Shown in pieces: positions 8,746 to 17,618 of a stretch of 64,000 nt of DNA. The notes below the pieces were generated by a model, which saw only the letters and a program-made list of their open reading frames with translations, was not told where the DNA came from and searched no databases. The stretch lies in contig DATCPH010000232.1 in NCBI GenBank assembly GCA_036570185.1, positions 2,453 to 66,452 on the forward strand, in the 5' to 3' direction. Source of the DNA: Candidatus Limnocylindrales bacterium. Its GTDB lineage: Bacteria > Chloroflexota > Limnocylindria > Limnocylindrales > CSP1-4. Position 1 is the stretch's first letter; every line of letters begins with the position of its first letter. Made by a program: the position numbers and the translations under genes.

Positions 8746-9200
8746 GCAATCTCGAGCGGCCGCGCATCACGGGACCGCCTGCAGCGCGGCCTCCCGTCGC
8801 CCGGCCCCCCGTCGCGCCCGTGGTGCGCCGCCGCTCCGAGATCGAGGTCCGCTGGCGCCAGTTCCGTAACGCGCCGCGGCCCATCATCCGGGCTGTGGCG
8901 AGCAGCCTCGTCGTCGCGATCCTGCTGGGAATCGGCTACCTCGCCTACGACGTCGCGCTGACGCGGGGAGCGCGGTTGCCCGGCGGGGACCTTCGGCTTC
9001 TGTTTGCGGCTGCGGACGTTCTCATCGTCCTCGCCACAGGCACGATCCTGACGTACCTGATCGTGCCGATGCCGACCGGATCCGACGCACGGGCCCTCCG
9101 AACCCCCTGGAGCGCGGCGCTCGGCTTCTTCGCGGCGGTCCCGATCTGCTATCTCGTCCTTGTGGTCGTGGTCCAGGTCCTGAAGCCGCTGTTCGTCTGA
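8742..9200 (+). CDS. Hypothetical integral membrane protein (3 TM), coupled to the upstream desulfurase-like gene
   Basis: ATGA overlap with the upstream stop. Pro/Arg-rich N-terminus, then three hydrophobic helices. No recognizable domain. Confidence 0.6.
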   Translation: MSNLERPRITGPPAARPPVARPPVAPVVRRRSEIEVRWRQFRNAPRPIIRAVASSLVVAILLGIGYLAYDVALTRGARLPGGDLRLLFAAADVLIVLATGTILTYLIVPMPTGSDARALRTPWSAALGFFAAVPICYLVLVVVVQVLKPLFV

Positions 9201-9237
9201 TCTCGATCGGCGTTCGGGCCGGTGTAGGATCGGCGAC

Positions 9238-9313
9238 GGGGGAGTAGCTCAGCGGTTAGAGCTGCCGTCTTATACACGGCCGGTCCCAGGTTCGAATCCT
9301 GGCTCCCCTACCA
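9238..9313 (+). tRNA. tRNA-Ile with anticodon UAU (AUA-decoding), CCA encoded
   Basis: Canonical cloverleaf read by hand: acceptor GGGGGAG/CTCCCCT, D-arm GCTC-AGCGGTTA-GAGC, anticodon stem GCCGT/ACGGC with loop CTTATAC (U33, anticodon TAT at 9271-9273, A37), T-arm CCAGG-TTCGAAT-CCTGG, discriminator A, then CCA. Confidence 0.85.
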
Positions 9314-9474
9314 CAATCCCTGCGGTCGTCATCCTCCGGAGCCGAGAGAAGGGCCTGATAACCATCGATTGCTGTGGTCAGCGTTAATCGCCATCGCTTG
9401 GCGCCAAAGACCGAGAGGGGAAATCCAATGGCCGTCGGGAAACTGGGCATCGCCCGGCTCATCGCGCGCTCGAT

Positions 9475-11307
9475 ATGAAGCGCCTCCTCGTACCTTTCCT
9501 CACCGTCGCCCTGGCCGGGGCCCTGGCTGGTCCGGTGGTGGGTTCCTCGGACAACCGTGCCGCCGGCAACGGCGACAACCCCAGGCCCATGGCACGTGAG
9601 CCGCTCGGGTCTACGCCGACCCCGTTGCCGGCTGCACCCACGTTCGCGCAGCTGATCGGTCAGAAGCTGATGGTGGCGATGTCGGGCACGACTCCGGACT
9701 CCGCCCTGTTGGGGCGGATTGGGCGTGGAGAAGTCGGCGGCGTCATCCTCTTCGGCTCGAATATCACGACGGCGGCCGCCCTGGTCGCCCTGACGACCCA
9801 ACTGCGCAACGCGGCTGCGGCCGGTGGCCAGCCACCCCTCCTGATCGCCACGGATCAGGAGGGCGGCTCGGTCAAACGCGTCAGCTGGGCCCCGCCGACC
9901 CTCTCGCCGCCCCAGATGGGCACCAACGGCAGCGCCTCGACCGCCAACAGCCAGGGGCTGGCCACGGGAAAAATCCTGCTCTGCGGGGGCATCAACAACA
10001 ATCTTGCCCCGGTCGCCGACGTTCCGTCCTCGACTGCGTCATTCATGTACCAGCAGGGCCGAACCTGGTCGTTTAATGCCTCCCTGACGGCTACCCTGTC
10101 CGACGCATTCGCCTCTGGCCTCGAGGCCGGTGGCGACATTCCAGCCATGAAGCATTTCCCGGGAATCGGCTACGCGACCCTCAATACCGACTCCAACGTG
10201 GTGACGATCACGGCTTCCAAAACCGCGCTGGCACCGGGCCTGCTTCCGTACCAAAAGGCGATCGGCAACCACATCCCGCTGATCATGCTGTCCAACGCCA
10301 CGTACAGCGCCTATGACCCCAACAACGCGGCCGGTTGGTCGCATGCCATCAGCGTTGACCTGTTGCGCGGCAGCCTCGGATACACCGCAGTCTCGATCAC
10401 CGATTCCCTCGACGGCACGGCCGCATCACGCGGGGTGTCGGAAGCATCGCTCGCCTTGAAGGCAGCATCAGCCGGGACCGACATGATCTTGCTGAGTGGC
10501 TCTGAGGCAACGACAAGTTCGACGTATTCCACTCTCCTGTTCGCCGCCCAGAACGGCACAATCCCGTCGACGACGCTGCAGGCCTCCTATAACCGCATCA
10601 TCGCCCTCAAAACGAAGCTCGTCGCGCCGCCGGCCGATGCGACGCTACCCCAGGTCGCAGCCCCGATCTCCCGTGTCTATGCGCTCGCGACGCTGGGCTC
10701 AGGAACTTCGCCGGTGCGGACCTACTGGTCGGCGACCGATTCCTGCGGCATCTCCGCCCATACCCTGGAGCGGATGGTGAATGGCGGCGCATGGACGGTC
10801 CAGAATCTGCCGAGTACCACCACGACCTATGTCGATCAATCGCTCAGCTTTGGCTCCATCTATCGATTCGTCGTCAAGGCGACCGACGGCGCCGGCAACA
10901 CCAGCAGCTGGGTTTACGGGGCTTACTTCGAGCCGCTCCTCGCCGAGCAGTCGAGCTCGGCGATCACCACCACTGGGACGTGGACCACCGTCTCGAACAG
11001 CCACGCATCGGGCGGCAGCCTGAAGTACTCGACGGCTTCTGGAGCCAGCGCCACCTTCAAGTTCACCGGCTATGGCGTGAACTGGGTGGCATACCGGGGC
11101 CCCGATCGCGGATCGGCCACGATCTATCTCGACGGTGTCTATTACGCCACCGTCAATCTGTACTCGGCTACCTACGCCTCCAAGCAGATCGTCTACGCGG
11201 CCAACTGGGGTGGGAATGGCACGCACACGCTCAAGATCGTGAATCTGGCGACCCCTGGCCATCCACGCGTCGATATGGACGCGTTCGTCCGCCTCTATGC
11301 GACGTGA
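9475..11307 (+). CDS. Secreted glycoside hydrolase family 3 (NagZ/beta-hexosaminidase-like) with C-terminal FN3-like/beta-sandwich extension
   Basis: Signal peptide MKRLLVPFLTVALAGALAG. GH3 N-terminal domain motif KHFPGIGYATLNTDSN, a variant of KHFPG(H/L)G...D(S/T)H. The C-terminal ~220 aa are Thr/Ser-rich beta-sandwich modules. Confidence 0.85.
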   Translation: MKRLLVPFLTVALAGALAGPVVGSSDNRAAGNGDNPRPMAREPLGSTPTPLPAAPTFAQLIGQKLMVAMSGTTPDSALLGRIGRGEVGGVILFGSNITTAAALVALTTQLRNAAAAGGQPPLLIATDQEGGSVKRVSWAPPTLSPPQMGTNGSASTANSQGLATGKILLCGGINNNLAPVADVPSSTASFMYQQGRTWSFNASLTATLSDAFASGLEAGGDIPAMKHFPGIGYATLNTDSNVVTITASKTALAPGLLPYQKAIGNHIPLIMLSNATYSAYDPNNAAGWSHAISVDLLRGSLGYTAVSITDSLDGTAASRGVSEASLALKAASAGTDMILLSGSEATTSSTYSTLLFAAQNGTIPSTTLQASYNRIIALKTKLVAPPADATLPQVAAPISRVYALATLGSGTSPVRTYWSATDSCGISAHTLERMVNGGAWTVQNLPSTTTTYVDQSLSFGSIYRFVVKATDGAGNTSSWVYGAYFEPLLAEQSSSAITTTGTWTTVSNSHASGGSLKYSTASGASATFKFTGYGVNWVAYRGPDRGSATIYLDGVYYATVNLYSATYASKQIVYAANWGGNGTHTLKIVNLATPGHPRVDMDAFVRLYAT

Positions 11308-11470
11308 GGCGAGCAGGCCGCCTCTGACATCCCGTCGGCGGCTGGCGAAGCGCTGCTCGAATGAGGGTAAGCCTGATCGAGGTGGCGGGCGGTCTGGACG
11401 GGCGAGGCAGACGGCAGCGAGGATCGCCCCGCTGGGTGGTGATCCCTGACGCCACGGTGTCCTGTTCGGC

Positions 11471-11503
11471 AAAAAGGACGGGCCCCGACCCCCGGAGCCC
11501 GTC
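11471..11503 (-). terminator. Rho-independent terminator for the minus-strand secreted-protein gene
   Basis: On the minus strand, GACGGGC-tccgggggtcggg-GCCCGTC is followed by CTTTTT. It lies 26 nt downstream of the stop at 11529. Confidence 0.5.
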
Positions 11504-11528
11504 GCTCATTGGGTCCGCACGAGCGCGA

Positions 11529-12050
11529 CTACCTCAGACGGAGGACCTGGGGACCAGCCACGCCGAACGCGGTTCCGGCCGGCGTTCCGGTATCGAGGTC
11601 GAACGGGCCCCAATCGGCCTCGCCGGAGGCGGAGACGATCGCCTTGCCCGTCTTGAACGGAACGCCGGGGCAGCAGTTCTGAGACTGCACGGAGACCAGG
11701 AAATGCGTCGTGGTGCCGTCGCAGGGAAATGGCCCGGCGGAGCCGAAGCCGGATGCGATCGACTTGCCCACAGCCTCGTCGACCTCGACAAACACGCCCG
11801 TCCTATCGGGCGCCGTTGACGCGTTGGCAGTGATGCCAGCGGCGTTGAGACTGCAGGTGACATCGACCGGGACCTTGGCCAGGAGCTTGGCGGTGAGCGA
11901 CGCCGTTGAGCCGATCGTGACAGTGATCGTGCCCCACGTTGGCGGCGGGGTTCCGCCGCCGACGCTGCTGGCGCTCGCCATGGCCGGCGCCCCGATCACC
12001 GCGACGAGCGCGGCCAGGACGGCGATGACCTTTGTAGATCGACAATGCAT
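11529..12050 (-). CDS. Hypothetical secreted protein
   Basis: Start probably at internal ATG (MHCRSTKVIAVLAALVAVIGAPAMASA), giving a clear signal peptide. Mature part is Gly/Thr/Ala-rich with 4 Cys. The track ORF extends to 12110. Confidence 0.55.
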   Translation of the reverse strand: MHCRSTKVIAVLAALVAVIGAPAMASASSVGGGTPPPTWGTITVTIGSTASLTAKLLAKVPVDVTCSLNAAGITANASTAPDRTGVFVEVDEAVGKSIASGFGSAGPFPCDGTTTHFLVSVQSQNCCPGVPFKTGKAIVSASGEADWGPFDLDTGTPAGTAFGVAGPQVLRLR

Positions 12051-12194
12051 GAACGGGACCCTCCGCCCCGGGCGAGATGGTGGACCGACGCGAGTCGCGG
12101 CCGGGTTCATCGGCCGCCTGTCGACGCCTCCCGCTGGGCACGGTGAGGACGCCCGACTCGCCGGAACGTTTCATCGCGATCCCGACGCGCCCTC

Positions 12195-13151
12195 TTACCG
12201 CTCCCGGCGAAGAACCAGGATGTGCTGGTGGACGATGTTGGGAACGAATGCGTTGGGGTAGCCGTAGGGTCGGAGGCGGGTGCCGGCCTGATGCCAGACG
12301 AGGTCGCCCTTCGGAACCAGGCCGACGCCCGTCGCGCGTGCAGCGAGATCCGCGCCAGTGAAGATGTAGCGGCCGTTCTGGTAGGCGTCGCGAACGATGA
12401 GCGCGGCGTACCGGCCCGGCCGTAGCACGCGTCGACACTCGGCCAACGCCGCCTCCATTCGATCGAGGAAGGTCTCGTAATCGCCGCTGTTGGCGAGGTC
12501 GGCCGGATCGGACGTCACCATCGCGTAGTCCGTGCGCCGGTTGGCGTGTGTCTCGGCGAGCTTGCCGCCGGCCATGGTCAGGGGCAGCTGGACGTTGTAC
12601 GGAGGGTCGGTCGCGACGAAATCGACCGACGCCGCCGGCACCGTCGGCAGGATCTTCAGCGAATCACCCCGCCGCATTTCGAGCCCCGAGGGGTCGAACG
12701 ACCGGCGCCCCACCGGGTCCGCCGGTCCCAGATCGCTGAGGTCGGGACCCTTCCCATCGCGCTCGGCAAGCAGGTCGCGGACGACCTCCTCGTAGATGTT
12801 CACCCAGCGGGGATCGAGCTCGATCCCGAGAGCACGGCGGGGCCCGAGAGCGATGGCCGCGCCAAGCAGCGTCCCGCCGACGCCCGCGAACGGATCGAGG
12901 ACCAGCTCGCCCGTCTTGGTGAAGAACTCGATGAGCCTGGCCATGAGCCTCGGCGGCTTGTTGGCTCCATGGCTCTTGCGTCGGGAATGCCCGAGCTCGG
13001 ACGGGTATGCCGTCGACCAGACCGATTTCGTGAAGTAGAGCCACTCCTCGCCGGGCAGCTCGTTGAGGGCATTGTCGGGATGCGCGGCCCGCCTCCTCTC
13101 GGTCATGTGAGGGGCAGCGTAGCCGACGGCGAGCCCTAGAATGGCGTCCAT
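12195..13151 (-). CDS. Site-specific DNA methyltransferase (N6-adenine or N4-cytosine; DPPY motif), orphan (no adjacent restriction enzyme)
   Basis: Motif I VLDPFAGVGGT and motif IV TDPPYNV. The track ORF runs to 13730, but its first ~190 codons are Arg/Ser-rich shadow overlapping the divergent regulator gene. Plausible starts are ATG 13151 or ATG 13106. Confidence 0.75.
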   Translation of the reverse strand: MDAILGLAVGYAAPHMTERRRAAHPDNALNELPGEEWLYFTKSVWSTAYPSELGHSRRKSHGANKPPRLMARLIEFFTKTGELVLDPFAGVGGTLLGAAIALGPRRALGIELDPRWVNIYEEVVRDLLAERDGKGPDLSDLGPADPVGRRSFDPSGLEMRRGDSLKILPTVPAASVDFVATDPPYNVQLPLTMAGGKLAETHANRRTDYAMVTSDPADLANSGDYETFLDRMEAALAECRRVLRPGRYAALIVRDAYQNGRYIFTGADLAARATGVGLVPKGDLVWHQAGTRLRPYGYPNAFVPNIVHQHILVLRRER

Positions 13152-16100
13152 GCCCGCTCGTTTCACGAGCGTCCAGTTCGTCGGGCAAGAGAGAGCATTC
13201 GCCCGGATGGCGGCCTCGCTGGAGGCGGCGTCCGAGGGCCGGGCGACCACCGTTCTCGTTGCCGCGCAGGCGGGCGTGGGCGCGTCGCGGTTCCTGACAG
13301 AGACGGAACGTCGCCTTGCAACGCCCGGCTCCGACTTCCTCGTCTTGCGAGGGGCGGCGACAGCAGATGGGTCTGACCAGCCGTACGGGCCGGCGATTGC
13401 GGCCCTGCGGCCCGTGCTCGAGGCGCTCCCGGATTCGACGCTGGCCACGGTTCTCGGCCCGGGCGCCGAGGAGCTCGCCCGCCTCGTCCCATCGCTCCGC
13501 CCTCGCCTGGAGCCTCTCGGCGCCATGGCTGCGCGGCCCGCCGTGAGTGCTCCAGAGCGCCGGCAGGCCCGGATGCTGGAGGGCGTCCTCGGAGTACTTG
13601 GGCGCTTGTCGGGCCTCCAACCGATCGCCTTCGTGCTCGAGGACCTCCACCACGCCGACGCGGCGACCCGCTCCCTCGTGACCTTCCTAGCCCGCATCGC
13701 CCGGAACCAGCGCCTCTGTACGGTCGGCACCTACCAGCCAGACGAGATGACCCGCGACCATCCGCTCTGGTCGAGCCTGGCGGCGATCGACGACGCACGC
13801 CGGCCGGTCGAGCGGATCGAGCTCCAGGCCCTGGATCGAGGGCGGTTGGCGGAGCTGATCGAGGGCATCGAGGGCGCTCGGCCCTCGGCGTCAGTGCTCG
13901 TGCTCGTTGCGGAACGATCGGGTGGAGTGCCGCTCCTCGCCGAGGAGGTCCTCGCTGCACATCGGGAGCTGTCGAGCGCATCCCTCGCCGGCGGCCTGTC
14001 GGAGCTCGTGGTCGCCCGACTCGCCCTTCGCACCTCGGATTGCCGCCGGGTTCTGGGCCTTCTGGCTCCGGCCCACCGTCCACTGACGGACGCGCAGCTG
14101 GCGAAAGTCGCCTCGGCCTTCGCAGACACCGGCAGGTCGAGCGCCACCCGCGCGCGCCCGGTATCGCCGTCCCTCCGATCCACCGAGACGGCCGCCGGCT
14201 CGTCGCGCGCCTGGGATACCTCGGAGCGCCGTTCCGGTTGGCTCGCGCCCGATCTTGGGGCTGGTCTCGAGGAAGCAATCGAGCACGGATTTGTCGTCCG
14301 ACGCCCGGCCGGCATGATCGACTTCCGGCACGAGCTCATCGGTCGGGCCGTCGCCGACGACCTCCTCCCGGCGGCCCGCGCTCGCCACCACGCGGCCCTC
14401 GCGACCGCGCTCGATGACAACCCAGCCGCCGCGACTCGATACTGGCTCGTCGCCCACCGCGTCCAGGAAGCACGCCGCGCGGCGATCGCGGCAGCCGGCC
14501 TGGCGGAGGCGGTCGACGCCCCCGACGACGCGCTCCGGTACCTGGAGCTTGCCCTGGAGCTTGGCGAGGGCGGCGCCGGTTCCGAGGATGGCGGAACCCG
14601 CGACGCCGCGTCGCCCTCGGTCCACGTTCTCCAGCTGCGGGCCGCCGAGGCGGCCAGCGCGGCGGGCCGTCCCGCCCGAGCGGCGGCATTCGCCGAAGCC
14701 GCCATGAGCGACCTCCAACGTCGACGGGATCGGGTCGCACTGGGTTTGCTCTACGAGCGAATGGGCCGCTACCGGCGTGCCGGCGGCGACAACGACGGGG
14801 CGCTGGCGGCCTATCGTCGGGCAGTCGAGCTCGTTCCCGTCGAGCCGAGCCCGGCGCGCGCCGTCGTCCTCGCCTCGATCGCCCAGATCCGGATGCTCGA
14901 AGGCACGTTCTCGGATGCGGAGCCATACGCCCGCGAAGCGATCAAGATCGCTCGCAAGGTCGGCCCAGGCGCGGCCTCGTCGCTCGTCCACGCGACGACG
15001 ACCCTCGGCGTTTCTCTGGGTTGGGGCAGCGAGCCAGAGGAGGGTGTCCGACTGCTCCGGGAGGCCCGTCAGATGGCGGAGGAACTGGGCAATCTCGACG
15101 AGATGTTCCGGGTCTACGCCAACCTCACCACGGTCCTCGACGTGCTCGGGCGCAGGACCGAAGCCGTCGAGGTCGCGGAGGAGGGGATCGAGAAGGCCCG
15201 TCTTCACGGCCAGGAGGCCGCCTACGGCAACTTCCTGCGGGGCAATGCGGCCGATTCACTGTTTCGCCTTGGACGCTGGCCGGAGTCGCGCGCGCTCAGC
15301 GCGACGGCGGTCGAATGGAGCCCGCTCGGGGTCAACTTCGGCAATGCCAGCGTGTACCTGGCGGTCACCGAGATTGAGACATCAGCCGGCGAGCTCGCCG
15401 CACGCCTCCTGGGGCAGCTCCTGCTCGAGCTCGAGACCGTGCGCGACTCCCAACACGCGGTTCCCGTGTACCAGGCGGCCGCCTCGCTGGCCCTGTGGCG
15501 CGGGGACCTCGCCGACGCCCGTCGAGCCGTCGAGCGCGGCTGGGCTCATGTTCGCGAAACCGAGGACTGGGTCCTGGCGGCAAAGATGGCCGCAACGTTC
15601 CTCGAGGTCGAGGCCATGACGGCGGCCGATGCACGCGAGCGCCGGGACCTCGCCGCGGTTGCGGCGGCGCGCACACGCGCGAGTGTCGTCCTCAGCGAAG
15701 CGGGAGCCCTGGTGGGAGGGTCCCACGTCTCGGTGACTTTCGGCTCTCGGCGCGAGGCGGACGCTCAGCTTGCAACGGCCGCCGCGTTTCACCGGCGCAT
15801 CGAGGCGCGGGACAGGGCGCTCGACTGGGATGCCGTTGCCGCGCAGTGGGCGGCGATCGGCGATCCGTATCAGGTTGCGCGGGCTCGGTGGCGCCAGGCA
15901 GAGGCGATCCTGATGGCGTCCGATGCGCGGGGCGGCCGGAGGCAGGCGCGACGTCCACTTGTCGACGCCGCGACGATCGCACTCGAGCTCGGCGCGGAGC
16001 CCCTCCTCGCGGAATTGCGCGAACTGGCGGCGCGGGCGCGGATTCCGTTGCCGATCCTGGCGGCAGCTGGGCCAGGTTCAGATGATGGAGTGGCTGGCGC

Positions 16101-16536
16101 GCCCGACGGCCACGCCTCTGGGGCACCCGGCGGCCGCGGCCTCAGGCCCGTCGCGACGGCGCCTTCGGGACCCGATGGCGCGCGGCCGGCCCGGTCAGCC
16201 GCGTCGGCCGACTCGGTCGACGGCGCGGGTGCAGCGACTGTAGCCCTTCCCTCAGATCTCGTGCGGAGCGTTGCCGGCCTCGCGTCCGGCGCCGGCCGTC
16301 CCGACACCTTCGGCCTCTCGCGCCGCGAACGGGAAGTCCTGGCTCTGATTACGCAGGGGCGAACGAACCGTCAGATCGGCCAGCACTTGTTCATCAGCCA
16401 GAAGACCGTCGGCGTCCACGTGGGAAAGATCCTCTCCAAGCTCGGGGTTTCGGGCCGCGTTGAGGCGGCGACGGTCGCGATCAGGCTCGATCTTGCCGAC
16501 CGGCCCCTGAATACGTCGAAACCCGGCACCCTTTAG
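13141..16536 (+). CDS. LAL-type transcriptional regulator (AAA/NB-ARC-like ATPase + TPR-like region + C-terminal LuxR HTH)
   Basis: 1131 aa. N-terminal P-loop-like VLVAAQAGVGASRFLTE and Walker B-like IAFVLEDLHHAD. C-terminal LuxR-type HTH LSRREREVLALITQGRTNRQIGQHLFISQKTVGVHVGKILSKLGV. Confidence 0.85.
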   Translation: MASMPARFTSVQFVGQERAFARMAASLEAASEGRATTVLVAAQAGVGASRFLTETERRLATPGSDFLVLRGAATADGSDQPYGPAIAALRPVLEALPDSTLATVLGPGAEELARLVPSLRPRLEPLGAMAARPAVSAPERRQARMLEGVLGVLGRLSGLQPIAFVLEDLHHADAATRSLVTFLARIARNQRLCTVGTYQPDEMTRDHPLWSSLAAIDDARRPVERIELQALDRGRLAELIEGIEGARPSASVLVLVAERSGGVPLLAEEVLAAHRELSSASLAGGLSELVVARLALRTSDCRRVLGLLAPAHRPLTDAQLAKVASAFADTGRSSATRARPVSPSLRSTETAAGSSRAWDTSERRSGWLAPDLGAGLEEAIEHGFVVRRPAGMIDFRHELIGRAVADDLLPAARARHHAALATALDDNPAAATRYWLVAHRVQEARRAAIAAAGLAEAVDAPDDALRYLELALELGEGGAGSEDGGTRDAASPSVHVLQLRAAEAASAAGRPARAAAFAEAAMSDLQRRRDRVALGLLYERMGRYRRAGGDNDGALAAYRRAVELVPVEPSPARAVVLASIAQIRMLEGTFSDAEPYAREAIKIARKVGPGAASSLVHATTTLGVSLGWGSEPEEGVRLLREARQMAEELGNLDEMFRVYANLTTVLDVLGRRTEAVEVAEEGIEKARLHGQEAAYGNFLRGNAADSLFRLGRWPESRALSATAVEWSPLGVNFGNASVYLAVTEIETSAGELAARLLGQLLLELETVRDSQHAVPVYQAAASLALWRGDLADARRAVERGWAHVRETEDWVLAAKMAATFLEVEAMTAADARERRDLAAVAAARTRASVVLSEAGALVGGSHVSVTFGSRREADAQLATAAAFHRRIEARDRALDWDAVAAQWAAIGDPYQVARARWRQAEAILMASDARGGRRQARRPLVDAATIALELGAEPLLAELRELAARARIPLPILAAAGPGSDDGVAGAPDGHASGAPGGRGLRPVATAPSGPDGARPARSAASADSVDGAGAATVALPSDLVRSVAGLASGAGRPDTFGLSRREREVLALITQGRTNRQIGQHLFISQKTVGVHVGKILSKLGVSGRVEAATVAIRLDLADRPLNTSKPGTL

Positions 16537-16553
16537 GGTCCGGGTTTCGTTCT
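16519..16553 (+). terminator. Candidate intrinsic terminator spanning the LAL regulator stop codon
   Basis: AAACCCGG-cacccTTTAGggt-CCGGGTTT is an 8-bp stem with the stop TAG in the loop. It is followed by CGTTCTGTG. Confidence 0.4.
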
Positions 16554-16599
16554 GTGTCCATCGCCCGAGACGCCGGGCGAACGAGGAGACGAGTCGGTC

Positions 16600-16699
16600 T
16601 TACCAGCGCCAACCGGCGGACAGCACGAGTGCCATGGCGATGAGCGGGCCGACGGTCATCAGGCTGAGCCTGGCGCGCCCGGTGAGGCGGTTGAACATT
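16600..16699 (-). CDS. Possible 32-aa small hydrophobic peptide (MFNRLTGRARLSLMTVGPLIAMALVLSAGWRW)
   Basis: Not in the ORF track because it is below the length cutoff. ATG start, one TM-like segment. It lies in a 416-bp gap. Weak evidence. Confidence 0.2.
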
Positions 16700-16952
16700 G
16701 ATCTGGCTCCCTTTTCCTGAGCATTCTGAGCAGCAGATGGTCATCTGGCCGGCCCGGCCGACCGTGGAGACGAAACGTTGCCCGATGCATCCGGTGCTCA
16801 CAACCGGCCCGTTGGTACCTGTCGACCAGCCGATGGTCCTGTCGGGCGCGGCCCGTCGAGATCGCGATACCATCGCCTGGCAAGTCCAGACGACTGCACC
16901 GACCCACGAACGGCCTTCAGCGAGATCCCGTAACACGAGGTCCCGAGTTCGT

Positions 16953-17555
16953 ATGCCCACCCCTCGCCCCCGTCTCCGTGCCGGCGCGGTCTCTTGGCGG
17001 CTGGTCCCCTTCCGCCTGGGCCTCGTCAGAGCCGCCGCGTTCCTTGCGGTTGCGTCGTCGACGACTGCGTGCACCGCCTCGTCGTCGCCGGGTTGGACCT
17101 ATGCTCCCGCCCCGTCCGTCGCATCGGCGGCTCCTGCGGCGTCGGGCGCGGCATCAGCGGCCGCGTCGGGCCCGGCATCAGCGGCCGCGTCGGTCATCCC
17201 TTCGGCCGTCCCGTCTGCAGCGGCCGCCGCACCGTCGAGCTCGCCGTCGGGCGCCCCCTCCGGTGCGGTCGGCGCCCAGCTCCAGCTGGTCGCCAAGAAC
17301 ATCACCTTCGACAAGAAAGACCTGAGTGCAGCCGCAGGCCAGGCCTTCCAGATCGTCCTCGACAACGAGGATGCGGGTGTTCCGCACAACGTTTGGATCA
17401 AGGACGCGACCGGCAACATCATCCTCAAGGACGACTTCTTCAGCGGGGTCGATACCAGGACGTACGATGTTCCGGCACTCCAGGCGGCGACCTACACGTT
17501 CTACTGCTCGGTCCACAACATCGCGGCCATGACGGGTACCCTCACGGTCCACTAG
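16953..17555 (+). CDS. Secreted/lipoprotein blue-copper (cupredoxin, plastocyanin/azurin-like) protein
   Basis: ATG at 16953 gives signal peptide MPTPRPRLRAGAVSWRLVPFRLGLVRAAAFLAVASSTTAC (lipobox-like), then a long Ala/Ser/Pro linker. The C-terminal cupredoxin domain has type-1 Cu ligands (H...C-SVH-NIAAM: YTFYCSVHNIAAMTGTLTV). Confidence 0.75.
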   Translation: MPTPRPRLRAGAVSWRLVPFRLGLVRAAAFLAVASSTTACTASSSPGWTYAPAPSVASAAPAASGAASAAASGPASAAASVIPSAVPSAAAAAPSSSPSGAPSGAVGAQLQLVAKNITFDKKDLSAAAGQAFQIVLDNEDAGVPHNVWIKDATGNIILKDDFFSGVDTRTYDVPALQAATYTFYCSVHNIAAMTGTLTVH

Positions 17556-17618
17556 GCCTGTTAGGCCAGTTGGGCCCCACTCAAGGGCTCTTCGCAGCGC
17601 GCCGGCAGGGAGACGCTG

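Noticed and set aside
9238-9474. Integrative element at the tRNA-Ile or tRNA-Arg loci
   Set aside because: No integrase, recombinase, direct-repeat duplication of the tRNA 3' end, or phage/plasmid genes were seen next to either tRNA.
9256-9801. 181-aa minus-strand ORF overlapping tRNA-Ile and the GH3 signal peptide region
   Set aside because: It overlaps a tRNA and the start of a well-supported secreted enzyme gene. Arg-rich.
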